This document shows positions 62,570 through 64,000 of a stretch of DNA of 64,000 bases, in pieces. Where the stretch lies: the NCBI RefSeq assembly GCF_018350175.1, contig NC_058368.1, positions 42,844,001 to 42,908,000 of the forward strand. The letters run 5' to 3'. This DNA comes from Felis catus. Taxonomy: Eukaryota. Position 1 is the stretch's first letter. Each line of letters begins with the position of its first letter. Below the pieces are notes generated by a model. It ran no database searches, was not told the origin of the DNA, and saw nothing but the letters and a program-made list of their open reading frames with translations. A program made the position numbers and the translations under genes.

Positions 62570-62970
62570 TACAAAATATTTTTGGCTCAGGTTTGGAATA
62601 GACTCAGACCCCATTTTTGATGTTTGACCACTGACGGCGTTCAGGCCCCATCGCTAATGCTCTCCCTTTTGCCCCACATCAGGGAAAGCCCATAAGAAAG
62701 CCCCAGTATTACTTCCCTTGGCTCAAATACTGGCTTACACATGAACTCTGATCCAGTCACAACCTCTAAACACAAACGAAGCCAGAGTCATCTGACCATG
62801 CCCCACTTTTCCTGTTTCCCCACGTGGAGCCTGAATCCTTGCAAAATAATTTTGCTGTTTACTATATGAGTAATAAACTTCTGATCCATTGTACACGTAT
62901 GTCATTTATTCCAATATCCATAATATCCTGGAGGAGGGGGCAGCTTCCCAGCCTCCAGCAGGGAATGTTG
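62570..62970 (+). mobile_element. ERVL LTR (MER73/MER54-like)
   Basis: atttttgatgtttgaccactgac..ttttgccccacatcagggaaagcccataagaaagccc..gagtaataaactt resembles the recalled consensus; boundaries approximate. Confidence 0.5.
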
Positions 62971-62992
62971 AAAGCCCAAATTAGGTAGTGCT

Positions 62993-63326
62993 TGTCTTAG
63001 TCTGATTAGGCTGTTATTACAAAATATCATACACCGAGTGGCTTATAAAAAACAGAAATTAATTTCTCACAGTTCTGGAGGCTGGAAGTTCAAGATCAGA
63101 GTGCCAGTTTGGTTGGGTGAGGGCCCTTTTCCAGGTTGCAGACTTCTTGTATCTTCACATTGTAGGAGGCGCATGTGAGGCCATATTATGAAAGCATTAA
63201 TCCCATGTATGAAGGCTCTTCCTTCATGACTTAATCACCTTCCAAAAGTCCTTCTAATACCATCACATTGAACATTAGGATTTCCAGTATGGATTTTGGA
63301 GGCACACAAACATTCAGATTATGGCA
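62993..63326 (-). mobile_element. MaLR solo LTR (MLT1A/MST-like), intact
   Basis: tgtcttagtc..tttctcacagttctggaggctggaagttcaagatca..cacacaaacattcagattatggca. Confidence 0.9.
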
Positions 63327-64000
63327 ATATTCTATTTAATTAAGACTTTATTACTGTACCCTAGACAAGCCATTGATTTTCTTTGGGATTCTATACACAG
63401 TGCAGGATGTTGTACTCAAACATAAAAACTTAGGATGCAAGAATATCAGTAAATGCTAATGAACAGTGGTTTAACATTTTTTACACCACTCTATTAAAGT
63501 GGCATTGCCACTTTTTATTCAGGGCTCAGTTTTTAAAGTCCTCAAGCACTCATCACAGCTGTGTTCTTATTAAAATAATGATAAAGTATACATTAAGTAT
63601 ACTACTAAATTTATGTATTTTAGCTCATTTAATACTCACAATAAATGGTAGCAGTATTAGTAGTATGATTTTACAGATTAATATATTAGGCACCAAAACG
63701 GCTCTTATTAAGAATCTCAGGACAGACAGTCTAAGACACACACTTACCGTAGCTAGATAAAAATTGATAGGAATCCCACATTTGACATAACTTGCTGTCT
63801 TCTCACAAACTTTAGGTAGTCTCATAAATATTATCCAATAGTGTGATAACTAGTGTAAAATACAAAGGAAAAAGATAAGGTGGATTAACCAAGAGTTAGT
63901 GTGTACTCCTTGAAACAAAGCCAAAGACAATAAGTACAATTTTGAATAAGTAAAACAAGCAAAAAGGGGAACATTTTAGTAATATTCTATTGTTGCTATA

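Overview
AT-rich mammalian genomic DNA, almost certainly from a feliform carnivore (cat family), judged from the many felid-type CanSINEs. I could not identify any intact cellular gene or convincing protein-coding exon; the window looks like intergenic or deep-intronic sequence dominated by transposable elements (CanSINEs, L1, L2, MIR, MaLR/ERVL and ERV1 LTRs, microsatellites). The centrepiece is a full-length, decayed class I (gamma-like) endogenous provirus on the minus strand at 18018-26659. It has two ~311-bp LTRs, a 4-bp target-site duplication (GAAG), a tRNA-Pro-like PBS, gag, pro-pol, an ERV3/HERV-E-type env and a PPT. Most worth a second look: (i) a covarying stem/pyrimidine-bulge/stem/AUGA-loop hairpin, TAR-like in architecture, exactly 28 nt downstream of the TATA box in both the proviral LTR and a different-family solo LTR nearby; (ii) a small hydrophobic ORF remnant between pol and env, next to a perfect 11-bp hairpin just upstream of the env start; (iii) a four-level nested insertion cluster; (iv) an apparent SINE 3' transduction; (v) an L1/SINE microhomology fusion. 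Repeat family names come from recalled consensus sequences, not from a database search.
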